A stretch of 64,000 nt of DNA. Source: Gordius albopunctatus. Its lineage: Eukaryota. The DNA is taken from positions 12,400,001 through 12,464,000 of the forward strand of contig OZ193909.1 of the NCBI GenBank assembly GCA_964276515.1. Direction: 5' to 3'. Position 1 is the first letter of the stretch. The number at the start of each line of letters is the position of its first letter. Positions 37,367-49,983 of this stretch are shown here, in pieces. The position numbers and the translations under genes were made by a program. The notes beneath the pieces are model-generated. The model was given only the letters and a program-made list of their open reading frames with translations. It had not been told where the DNA came from and searched no databases.

Positions 37367-39007
37367 CAAGGGCGTAGCCAGGATTTGCTAGAGGGGGGGG
37401 GGGGTTTAAAATTTTTGAAGCCATATTTTTTTTGGAAGTAATTTTATTTTCGACATATATTATTGAAAGTAAAGTAAAAATACAACAAAAATAAATTATA
37501 ATATAACAAAATATTTAAAAACTATAAACAATTAATATCGACGTTTTTTAGATAAAAATGCATTAATAATATCTTCTGTTTTAGAGGCATATTGTCTATG
37601 TACATTTAACAAGGTTAATCCAGTAAGCCTAAATTCAAAATTAGTAAAACCATTTAATTTACCTTTCTTGTCCCATTGTGTTCCTGAGGTAAGTTTTTAG
37701 TCTTTTTAAAGCTGAAAAACATCTCTCATTAGAGCATGTTGTAACGGGGAGTGTGGCTAAAATATGGTATAATGTTTTTATATTTGGATGTAATTTTAAT
37801 TTGGACGCATGATTGGTTAATGTTTCCAATGCAGCATTGGTAGGCAAATTCTCTAATTCACAGTCCTTGAACGACTTATACCACAATTTAATATCCGATT
37901 TGAATTGTTCTTGAGAGCCGTCAAGATCTTCTTCATAAAAATTTGCCAATTTTAGAAAGTTATTTAATATCTCTGTTGAGAGCATGACAGGGGACTTAAT
38001 TAGAAGGGAATCAAATCCCAACAGTATTTGCTTGTTTTTTAGAAACCTTTCATCAAGTTCCACCAAAACCGCATCTAAAAAGGAGTTATACAACGAAACT
38101 CTGTAATAAGTTTCTGGACAAGATGTTGCAATGTTTGAACGAAGAGTTTGTCGTGAGGCTCTCCTAGGAATAGTAATTTTGAAATCATATATATCTCCTA
38201 GTGACGAGACATCATTGTAGATTGTTCTAAATTCTTCTTGGAAATTTTCCCGCAAATGTTGAATCTGTATAAACGCATTTTCGGCTGCATTTATGGCCTG
38301 AGAAAGGTCTATATTAATCCTTTGCAAATAATTGCTAAGATTAATAGTGTAAGAGAAAATTTGATTTAGCATGTACAAAGACAGCCAAAAGTTGGATGTC
38401 CTTAATGATGAAAGCAAAATCGCCGCATCGTACCATTCACAAATCTCCTCCAGGGTAGCAAATATTGCTTCCTTCGCTTCACAGAATCTTTGAACAGAAT
38501 TGTGCTTTTGTGTCCATCTAGTTTCACACAGTGATATTAATTTTGTGAATTTAGGGTTATCCGACAATGACAATACTTTAGAAGGGAAAAGATTAAATCT
38601 TTTGGGGGTTGATATAAAATCAGTGATTTTTTTTTGACAAGACTATTTGTATCTTTCTCCTCAGAAATGCAAATGTTACTCTTTTTAGGGAAGTATGTAT
38701 AAATGGAATATCGCTTCATAATAAGGCGCGGAACTTAAATTTACAAATAAGATCAGTTTGGAAGCTTTTAATCAAAAATACAAATTCCGAAATTCAAAAT
38801 TTATTAACTTGTCGACTTAATTTTTTAACATATATATATATAAATATAAACGCAGCACTTGACACTAGCTAAATTAATTATAATCATGATTATCAATAAT
38901 TTTGTGTTGTCAATAATTTTGTGTTGTGTTTTGGAAAAAAATAATATCCAGGAGGAGGGGGGGGGTTCAAACCCGAAAACCCCCCCCCCCCCTTCCCTAC
39001 GCGCTTC
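37367..39007 (-). mobile_element. Internally deleted hAT transposon
   Basis: Ends CAAGGGCGTAG / CTACGCGCTTC with a perfect TSD GTAATATC (37359-37366, 39008-39015). Confidence 0.93.
37532..38573 (-). pseudogene. C-terminal half of a hAT transposase with a 34-nt intron (37662-37629)
   Basis: A 304-aa open frame (LCETRW ... LPVTTCSNERCFSALKRLKTYLRNTMGQER) continues after splicing as LTGLTLLNVHRQ...EDIINAFLSKKRRY*. The N-terminal catalytic region is missing. Confidence 0.88.
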
Positions 39008-39304
39008 GTAATATCCTTGTTACAGGAACATTTAATTGTCAAATTCATTCATTTTTCATTTTGTGCTATATTAAGTTTTTCCCAATTCTTTTATTTTCTA
39101 TTGCCTTTTTACATAACTTATTGCTTCCCTATTTAAAACTAAATGTGATGTTAAACAAAACACAAAATTAAGAGTTATTAATCAGGAGCCGTTTTTAGGT
39201 AACTGTTTAGAAAACTTTCAGGCCCGCACGAGCCCCTCCAATTTTTTATTTACACTTCAGGCCTGGCCCTCTAACCCATTAAAAATCGAAAATTTATGCA
39301 TTAA

Positions 39305-40145
39305 TATTTGGGTGTTATTTAACTGCTAAGTAAATAATTACAAATTCCTAAGTAATTTATGCTAAGTATTTTAATTAAATTGCTAAGTATTTTAAAGAAA
39401 ATGCTAAGTATTTTATTTTTATATGCTAAGTTTTTTATTAAAATGCTAAGTATTTTATTTAAAAAATCTAAATTATGAATTTTAATCAACATTCTGAGTA
39501 TTAAATTTTTTGACCCGTTGGTTCCCCCCCCCCTTATTTTTTACCCTTTTTCTCACTTGGCGGGAGGGGGGTGATTTGCCCCCCCCCCCTTTTTTTGTGA
39601 GAAAGAGGGTTAAAAATAAGGGGGGGGGGAATAATTTATTTTAGATTTGAATAAAAAAATATCTGTAAAACTGCCTGCTATGATGAATTTCAACTCCTGA
39701 GCTTCCTGCTTCTTCCTCTTCGTCTGATAAATAAGGCGAGATTTGTTGGACTTCCATAATCAAATTGGTGTGTGATCTTGGCGCTAAAGAACGCCAGTTA
39801 TTGTTCGATCACATTCACAATGTCATATTAAATTTTATATAAAAACATACAGCTTAATTTGTTTTAAAATTTATAAAATCTCTTGAATACTTAGCATAAT
39901 ATATTTATAAATCTAGCATATAATTAAATACTTAGCATAATTTATTTAAATACATAGCAAATAATTTAAATACTTGGCAAAATTTATTTAAATACTTAGC
40001 AATAATTTAAATACTTAGCATTTGAATTTAAAACTTAACATCAATTTAAAAACTTAGCAAACGAATTAAATACTTAGCAAATGAATAAAATACTTAGCAA
40101 TGACGCTAAAAATACTTAGCAATTTGAATAAAAATACTTAGCAAA
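39305..40145. repeat. Inverted arrays of an AT-rich (AAATACTTAGCA-like) short repeat around a unique spacer
   Basis: GCTAAGTATTT units at about 39320-39460 and TACTTAGCA units at about 39885-40145. 39312-39372 is a near reverse complement of about 35304-35362. Confidence 0.7.
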
Positions 40146-43100
40146 TAATTTGTTGCTTTACTATTTTACGCTATAAATAAGATATGTCGTTGAATCGGTG
40201 GATTTCGTATTCCACATTCCACATCTTGTCCCTCAATGATTATAATTCTTTATTAGTAATTATGTTTGTTTTTAATGTTATCCTCTGATTTTTTTATACA
40301 TAGTAAATGGGGTTGAAAAAAAGTTTTTTTATAATTAATTATAGAATCAAATGAATGCTAAATGTTAAAGATCTTTGTTTAAATCAGAGATCCACGTGCG
40401 CATAGTTGACGACAAACTCTTTTTTAAACTTAGTTTTTATTTCTAAAAATTTACAAAAAGTCAATTATGATGCAATAAACCCTTACAATAATAAAGTGAA
40501 TAGGTTAAAATTTTACACGTAAATTTTAATTGTGTTATATAGAGTAGCTATTTTAATAAGTTAAAAGTACAGTCATTTAAAAGGAAATAAATTAAAAAAA
40601 GGATTAATTTAAACTTTTTAAGTAAGATGTTTTAAGTTAATGTTTTACATTGTATATTGTGCACATGAATTATATGGTGGTTGAAATTAATTTAATACGA
40701 AATGCAAAACGAATCGAGGATGTGATGATAGGTAAGAATGTCCCTACAACAGTGCATTGATTAAATAAATATAAAGATCCCTGATTAAGGCTATAGAACT
40801 TGTCTAGGAATCCATATTGATAGAAAGGGGCGTTGTTGTCAGTTAAATTTTAATATAAATTCCAGGGCCATTTACAAAATTTTGGGGGCCATTGAACGTG
40901 TTAACTGTCCCTATCCCGTCCTCTTAAATTAGCCCGTCCTTACCCGGGCCTGCCCATGCAGATTTCTAGTTTATATCTACATTATTATGGTATCTTAATT
41001 GTTTATATTATATACATAAGATTAACCCAAATAATGGTTGGTTCAGGAACGAAAAAGTTGTAGAAATGTGCAAATATCAAAATATTAGTAACTAACAAAA
41101 CACTTGACCCTTAAGTTTTAAATTTTTTCAACCTTTCTTTGGCAGATTATATAAGCTCAGACAGAGAGGCTCGCTCGTCTCATCTTTAATTGTATATAAG
41201 CTTCCATTAAGCATGAAATGCAAGGCGTATTAAGTCCTAACGAGCTAGCCTGCCTGATTTTAGCCAAGCTAACCTCATTGAGTTATAGAGCATAACATAT
41301 CTCTATTATCTAAATCATGACATATTTACAAAACATTATTGAAGAAATTATATATACATTTGTGTTCTCCATCATAAAAAATCTACTTGGGCGTACCCAG
41401 GATTTATGGTAGGGGCAAAAAGTTTAAAAATAATCAAGGGGGGGGGGAAGGGCGAAGCAAATTATACTTATTTTATTTTTATCGCAGTTTCGTTTAATTC
41501 AAAAAATGATTTATAAAAGGGGGCGGTCAGTTGTCCGTTTGCCTCACCTAGCTACGCACTATTTATGTAAATCAAAGATCTTTTAGAACGCCCCCCCCGG
41601 ATATGAACTACATATATTAACCTTTTGTAAAAAATTTAAAATCAGCTTTGCCTCCAAGCATGTATTTTTGAGACTTTTCCCCATGATTTAAACACTGAAA
41701 TAAGGATTATGTCCATAATAACTGTTAATAAAAGACCCAAACAAACTAAGTGCAAAACAATTCATAGATTTTGTGTATCTTTTAGGTCTCTAAGTTGAGA
41801 TATTTCTTTATAATAGAAGGTTTCAACCTTATAAAAAGTTTAAATTAAGTTTAGGAATACGATAAATGTTTACACCTTAATTTTAAGGTGTAACATAAAA
41901 ATGTTTGAAATACAATTAAATTAATCATCAGTTGAGAATTAAAGTTTTTTACCTACCAGGCCCTGTCCTGTCCTAATTATAAGTTAATTGTCCACCCAGT
42001 CATGCATGACCAAATCATTAAAGCTGTCTAAACTGCCCGGCCCGAAATAATAATTTTTTAATTTTTGGCAAAAATTTTGTTATATTTAATATAATAAATC
42101 AGCATTTAATCAATCTCCCACAAAAATTTTTCAAACAAAATCTATCGTTTAGAAAAATGATGGCGTCTTTATAAGATTTGGCGATAGTTTCCTTTAAATT
42201 ACTCTATAATACATTAATTGTTAATTTTTTAAATTGATATTAAAATCTTCCTCATTGCAAACGCCAATTCAAAGTTTAAACTTATAATAGTTTACAACTT
42301 TTTTATATTATTTTGAAAATGATTGATAACAACCATAATGAAATCAGTTAAATCTTAATGATGTTTGCCGTCTGCCACCTAAATTATGATTTGCTCTCAA
42401 CTTTTACATCATACAAATCGATAATGTTGATATCATATTTCGGGTTAAGTTATATTTAAATTTGTTGTACCCATTTAAAAATGGATGGGGTAGGTCTGGA
42501 GATAGTTCAAAATGAACTTTTCAAATCATAAATGCCCCCCCCCGGCGAGAGACCCGCCCTCGCTTCCGAGGTATTATATAACCTCAAAGACTGTGCATAA
42601 AATGGGCCTACTACTACACAACGTGGCTGACTATGGGGGTTGGAGGGTTCAAGTTAATTGACCTTTTATTTACCCTACCAAAATGTATATATGATGCCAT
42701 ATTTATGGCACGTATGTTTGGGTATAAACTCAGACATAGATAAATATGATGAAAAAAGCCAGGATCGCCATTATAAACATTTTATTTCCTAAACTTTCTT
42801 CTCATTTTAGACGCAAATTTATAAGGAACACTACATCGTTATTCGTTAGCAGCAGCAGCGAGGGGAGGGGGGGGGCTAAATTAAATTTTACATCGGTGGG
42901 GAGGGGTCAATGTTAAAAATTTTTAATACCCATTTGTCAAACTTAATAATCACGTTCTTAATAATGCTAGGGCGACCACCTTTATAAAGCAAATGTTTAA
43001 AAACTCATTTAACCATACCCACCCCCTCATAATACAAATGGAGGTTAAGTCCATGGAAAATTTGTTTAGGATTATAACAAAGTTGTAGTTTTAGCTTTGC

Positions 43101-43192
43101 TATTTCGTTTAGATAAAAGATAACATACGATGTTTATGTTTTTGTTAATTCACACTTTGGGTTTGGTCTCATATTAATAATATTAGTGTGTA

Positions 43193-44007
43193 CAGTGGCG
43201 TAGGCAGGTGCCTCAAGGGGAAGGGTTTAAAAAATTGATTAACAACAGTTTAAACAAAATTATAATAAGATTTGCCCAATGATAAGGGGGGAGGTGTTAA
43301 TTTTGTGCGATTAAATAGAGTTAATCAAAATTATATGCATACAATAAAAAAAGAACATCAATAGTTAAATTATTTAGATTTTGCGACTTAATTCCTCCTG
43401 TGATCATTATTCCAAGGACGCAATTCGCAAAGAGCTCCTTTAAATTCCTCTTAATATGCTAACCAGAGCCATTTGAGCTAGAGAACCAGTGCAAAAAATT
43501 TAAAATACCTGGTCGCGTTTCAGCATGTTAAAATTGTCTGTCGCGTTTATAGGCCATCCGTAGGCCGGATTAATAATTTTAAAACATTGCCGATGCCAAC
43601 AAATTTGCTTAATGAGATTAGGCTATACAATGATCATCTAAAAAGAAAGTGGATTTAAATTAGTCTTGGATTAGCATGTTTAGCGCTTAAAAATAAAATA
43701 TTAATTACTTTTGTTACTAAAATTTGGCTTAATATATAAGCATCTTCCTCCTTTTTATTAAAAGGTGAGATAGTTTAAAGAAATAATTAGGAATTGAATT
43801 CCTTTTCCATTTAAAAAACGCATTCGGGGCGGAAATTTTTATGTATAGTCAAAAATTAGTAGATTTTCATCTAAAATTAATTCTCAATTTAATTATGGTA
43901 ATGAATTATTTCTATAAACTCAACACTTACCAAAGTCCTAACAATATCATAGTTTTTCCATATAATTAATAAAACCCAAATCCCCTCGCCCCATCCCTAA
44001 GCCACTA
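43193..44007. mobile_element. Old, deleted copy of the 28605-30165 family
   Basis: Starts CAGTGGCGTAGGCAGGTGCCTCAAGGGG. 43690-43960 aligns by eye to 29830-30100. Confidence 0.6.
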
Positions 44008-47000
44008 AGTGCGAGGTGGTATTGGTTTGGCTAAATATGTTATTTGAGCAATTGGTTTATTATTGACCTTTCCTCAATCAATTCTTTCGTGTAATTTGTG
44101 ATAATGCTCTAATCCTTAAAAAGTCACGTGCATGCCTTATATATAAAAATTTGACTTAGCTAGGCACAGTCATATTTTCATGTGACGAGGAGTTTTATAA
44201 TTTTTTCCACTTTTTTGAAAAGGGTCCATCATGACCTTTCATGGCCAAAATTTGATAAAAGGTGGACGATAATGATTTGATCCAGGAAGGGACAAATTAT
44301 ATTTTATAATCTTTCAGTAATTCTAATATATAATGAATTTTGTAATATCTGGTCACGCCTATACCCTATTATAACTAAATTAGAACGTAAATACCTTAAA
44401 AATTTAATTTTATTAATCATTGGTTATTTGAAAACTAAGAGCTTCGTCTGCTTTCTGACTATTATGCAAATATGAGTGATGATAGATATGCAAAAAGTTG
44501 TGAAATTTTGAATAATGTTTAAAAGATTTACTACACAATACTTTTACACTTTGAAAACATTATTTGATTAAAAATTTAGTTTTGATGCTAATCAAACTAG
44601 TTTTATTTAATCTTAAAACAAATTGAAAAAATTTTCAAGGGATAAATTTGTAAAAAAGCGTAAGCATATTTTTTTTAAGTGGTATCGACTGTCCAAGATT
44701 TTAGTCGTTTAGTACCAAAACATATGGCTCAATAATGTAAAAATCTAATTAGCGACTTTGTTTTAATCTGAATATTAGCGTTTAATTTTCTGATGATCTC
44801 ATTCCGCTAGGGTAAAATATTCTGTTTTATTAAAATGTCCTTTTTATTAAATTATTTTCTAGACTTTTGCAAAAGCTAAATAATGATTTATATGGTTTTA
44901 ACTAAACCCTAAATCATGAAAAATGAAAGTGAATACTTTGCCTTTGCAGTTTTCACTCAAAACGAAAAGGAATTCCAGTCCGCACTATTATTGCTTTACT
45001 TATTTATTCGCATACAAATTAAATTTGAAGTATTTAGTGATGAAACACAAACGAAGATATTTACTCCGAGGTTATTCACCAGTAGATAGCGCAAGGATCT
45101 AAACAGGCGCCGTCGTGATTACATAATAAATGTTTCCCGATAAAAATTATTTAGAACATAGCTATGACCATGGTGCCAATGGGTAGGGTTGTTGACAAGA
45201 CAACAAAGATTTTATCAGAATGTCGTCTAACCCACAACCACAAAAAGTCATTCGGGCCAGCCAAGGGGTGATCTAATGATAATATGGCCCCTCCTCCTTT
45301 TTGTCATTGCACTCTCTTTGAAAACATGAAATGTGTAATGTACATTTTTCCTAGCCCGTGAAAGAGGCTTAAGAAGGTTGTTTAAATTAGAACAAGTTAT
45401 AAAGTTCCAGACAAGTTCCCCCTTTTTACGTAAACTAAATTGCTCAAAATATGCCTCTCGCCCCTCTTTTTACTCTAACGATCTCACAAATGGCCACGGG
45501 AGGTGTAAATATTAATTTATCATATTCTTCGTAGGTCCACCTTCACACCGGATATCATCTAAATAACAAGACGGCGCCATATTAACATGGCCTTGTTTTC
45601 CCTTGAAATGTATAAACATCATACCGATGTTTTAACCCTTAGTTACCTCATATTCATTCATATATCTTTTCTTCGAAATTTATGCGACCTCAAGGTGTAA
45701 AAGGATGTATTGAATTTAAAAGAGGTGGCCGTCCATTTCATCCCCTAACTAGGCTATTTATAGGTCACATTTAATGTAATTTGGCTCGGGGCATCACAAT
45801 AAAAATTTACGTGTAATAAATCACCACTTATAATAGTATAATCTATTAATAATTTTATTCTCGAGTTTTATATTACGATTATAGCTTTTTACATATTTAA
45901 TTTTGTCCTGTCTGGCACGCAGGCTATTTCCCTAATTTAGCATAAATTAAATCTGTGTTGTCATTCACTTTTTAAATGAAATGGTTGTATAAGAGGTCAG
46001 CATATTGAATCATACGCATACCCATTCAGAATGGCTAGTTGTCTCATAACTAACCCGCAACTAACCAAAACATACCTCATAAATACAACCTTTATAATTC
46101 TAATGTTTCGTTGCCGATTTAGCAATTCTTAAACGCCCTATAAACTGACTAAATATATTATCAAAAAGCTTCATCATGTTTTAAGAATTCATATTACAAT
46201 ACACTTTTCTGCCAACTTTATTAAATTTACATAATATACAATTTTGCAAAGATTTGTGAAAAATTATGTATAACAACTCATGTGTGTGTGACAAATAGGG
46301 AACACATAAATTAAATAGGGCGAAATTAACACTTAGTATTAGTAGTAAAAAATTATTCAACTTTAATTATGAAGAACAACGTTGAGAGAAAGGTGTTAAA
46401 GTAGTGGTCTTTTTTATAGTTCTGGTGTTTCCTTTATGTGTGAACAAGATTTTTTTAAAAATATTGCTTAAGCCTGGTCAAGTAATTTAAAATTACTTTT
46501 AACCTTAAATAATTTAAAGATGTAGCAACATTTTATACATATTTAACAGCTAAAAACAAATAAAATAAATTGCTATAATATAGAAATTCTGAAGTTTAGA
46601 CTTATAATAATAGTTATGGTTAAAATCTTAAAAATATTTATGTAAAGATTGTTTCAAGGTATTAGAATAGCATGCGAGTTTAGTACCTAGCTATCCATTT
46701 TATCCTTTAAATGCCGATACTACAAAGATGACCCTATTTATGCAGTGATGTAGTAGAAGCGAGACTATAAGACCAAGGGACGAGGCCAAGAGATGTGAAG
46801 CTTCCCTAACACAAAATTTATGTTACTTTAAGCCCACTGGGCTACTGCCCTCTCAGTCCCGCTCTAAGTATTCCACTCTATTAGTCATTTGCGTTGAAGC
46901 ATACTAACTATTAATAATAAGCTAAACCAAGACAGTGTAATTTCTATGGTCACCAAAATCTGGGGGTGGGGGGGATGAAAAGCAGATGTCAGATTTCTAG

Positions 47001-48894
47001 AATTTTTCTGCCCGAAAGGGCCCTCCACAATTTTATAAATAAATTTCCCGTGGCGCTCGCCTCATATCCTCTGAGTGCCCGCCCAGCCGGGCAGAATTAT
47101 TAAAGCTACCTGACAGGCGCGACAAATATTATATTTGCTTGTTAGTGTTAGGTTCCCAAAAGTTTTAGGCCAGATATCAAAAGCATAACGTTTATAATAT
47201 AATAATTTAAGCAAAGCTATTGAAAAGCTGTACAATCAATATTAGAATAATTTGCTTTATAATATGCTTGTTACTGATATCTAACCTATTTAATTACACG
47301 GCTCTACAAATATTGACTTTGTGATTGTATCCCGCAATCTGACAAATAATTCTTATAGAGAATTTTGCGCTGAAAAATAATATGTTTTTAGTTTTTTTCT
47401 ACAATCACCAGCTTTTAAGATATATGAGTTTGAAAGTGCCAAAAATGCCCTTTTAAGGCTAAATTGCCATGGTATTTTTAATATTAGTGAAAAATAGTAA
47501 TATATTCATGTAGATTAAGGATTATTATATATGTTTAATTTTATTTTATTTACAATATATAGTTTTTAGTATAATAAATGTAGAATTTTGTTATAATTTG
47601 TAGTTATATCAACTAAATATAGGTGCTTAAATTAAATTTAATAATAAAACAATTGTTTATATAAAAGCAAAAAATATCAATATGATCCATCTATATATCT
47701 CGGGTTCTAGCCAAAAGTTACTAACCCTACAATAAAGGTATATAGTCAAAAATTAATAATCTTTGTTTTTAACATATTTTGTTGCGATAAAAAAATTTAA
47801 CTATAATATTATTCAAGAAATTAAAATAACAAATTTAGCATTTTATTAAACTTAAATGTAATAACATTAAAAAATAATTTTTACAAATTAATTTATGAGA
47901 GGCAGGCATCGAAAATTTTGTTATTATGTGTTAAAGAATCTAGCATTACATGTCTTGGTTTAAATAGATTAGAAATCTTACAGATACTAAAAACATTTTA
48001 ATTTTAATTAAATTTAACAAATTTATATGTGTCAGGCGCTTATAATATTTTTTTTTATCTTTTTTAAATTTTAGACATTAAATAGTTTTTTCCAAAGATT
48101 TAGTTGGATTTAAGTAAAAATACAAATTATATTATTAAAACGTAAAGTGTGATTCTTTTTATTAAATATTTAAAATTAATTTTCTTATATATTAGGCAAG
48201 CAAACAATACGTAGCTTGAATTATGGCTCGAACCTTAACCGAGTGTTTTGCAAAAACCTATTATAATTGTGTTTATAATTATATCAACTAATAATTTTCT
48301 TCCTAATTTATGTCCAATTATAATTTTATTTCATTTCTTAGGCTTTAATTTTACATGACTTCTCCCCCCCCCCGTTCTTCTATATATCATAGAATGGGAT
48401 TGTGAAGTAGAGCCATTGAAGGAAGTGTACTTTGAAACATAGCTGCGCAGTGGCGTAAGCAAGGGAGATTTCGGGTTAAAACCTTCTCCCTCCCCCCACT
48501 GACAAAAAATAATAAATTTTTCCCCTAATTTTATGGGAAAACTGGATGATTTAAAGCCCTCTTGTTTGTATTGCGTTGTTAGAAAAAATTAACAGCCTGA
48601 ATACATTTGAGAATTATTGAGTTAAAAACCTATTTTTTAAGACTATTTGTCGAACTATTTTCCGCCCTTAGTGCCTGTTTTGAAAAGAAATTAGATTCTT
48701 AATTATTTCTCTACCTGAGCTTCTAAGCTAGAAGAGGAAGAAGCTAATACGAAGCCAAATTTTAATATAATAAGGATCATAATTGATAATTTAATTTTTA
48801 GGCGTTTAGCATGCCTATTTAAAACGACTTTAGATTTCTTGCTTTAAAAATATCTAGCGTTAATACTACTCGGCAATTGTATAATAATAAATAA

Positions 48895-49983
48895 CAGTCT
48901 TGTTAACGCTCCTTTTTAAAAGTAGCGACTCCCGCCCCTACCTTCTCAAAAGGAGCGAACTCCCGCTTCCGCTACTACATATTAAATTTAGCGCTCCCGC
49001 TTCAACTAATGGAGTGCCGCTCCATAACCGCTCCTTTGATTTTCATTTTTTTAGAAGCTATATGAAACAAAATCATATTTTTTTATCAAAACGTTTTATT
49101 TATATTATATGATACTAGATGAACCCGGCTAACGTTGTTTTGCCATTTACCCGGGTGTATAAAATTATGTTGGAATTTTAGGGCATATATGATGATAAAG
49201 CGGTTATTGAAGTAAAAATAAAGTTTGATGTCTACTATATGTTCTACTTCTATTGTTCTATTTCCGTATACAGTGCAACGCGTACAAATACTCGAAAACT
49301 ACTGCACCGATTTGGCTCGAACAAATCTTAAACATGCTCCGGAGTGTCAGGAATAAACTGTGAAAATTTGAGCCAAATCGGTCTGGTATTTTTCCAAAAT
49401 TGGTGACGGCATATATACACACAACAAACATAGTTTCATTTTTATATATAAAATATCAAAATATTTATAATCTTTTATTAGCTTTTAAAAGTAATAAATT
49501 TTCTAAATTAGAATCTAACAAACACCCACGCTTCTCCCTTAAGACCTGTTTTGCGATACTAAATAGGCGCTCCACAGGAGCACTAGAGGGAAGCGGGGTA
49601 TTGTATTGAATATAAATATTTTTTAATTCATGGAATTGTTCAAAAATAGTAATTTAAAAGATTTTTCAAAAAATTTTCAATATAAAAAGGTAAAACTGAT
49701 GTTTAATGTTTCAAATGATTAGATGAAAAATCAATATAAAACTCGGCTCAACATTTAATAATGAATAAATTTAAATAAAATTATATTTTCATTAAATTTT
49801 AATTAATAAATATTATTAATATTTAAAAAATAATATAATTTATATATTAAATGGCACTCCTCCGGTCCAGCCCTAAAAGGAGCTACTCCTGCGCCCGCTC
49901 CTCATTTTTGAAAAGGAGGGGCGCTCCAGCTTTTTTTGAAAAAATGTGGCGGCGCTCCGGAGCGCCGCTCCTTAACAAGACTG
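48895..49983. mobile_element. CAGTCTTGTTAA-family MITE (inverted relative to the 15648 copy) with nested insert
   Basis: TIR CAGTCTTGTTAA / TTAACAAGACTG; TSD ATAAATAA/ATAAATAC. Confidence 0.88.
49115..49455 (-). mobile_element. Non-autonomous Helitron-like element
   Basis: Minus-strand 3' end GGCAAAACAACGTTAGCCGGGTTCAT-CTAG-T; TATATATAAAA at the other end; no TIR or TSD. Confidence 0.55.

Noticed and set aside
47296..48418. Short inverted match CACGGCTCTAC / GTAGAGCCATTG suggesting a Transib-like element
   Set aside because: The match is short and imperfect, and no TSD or coding remnant was found.
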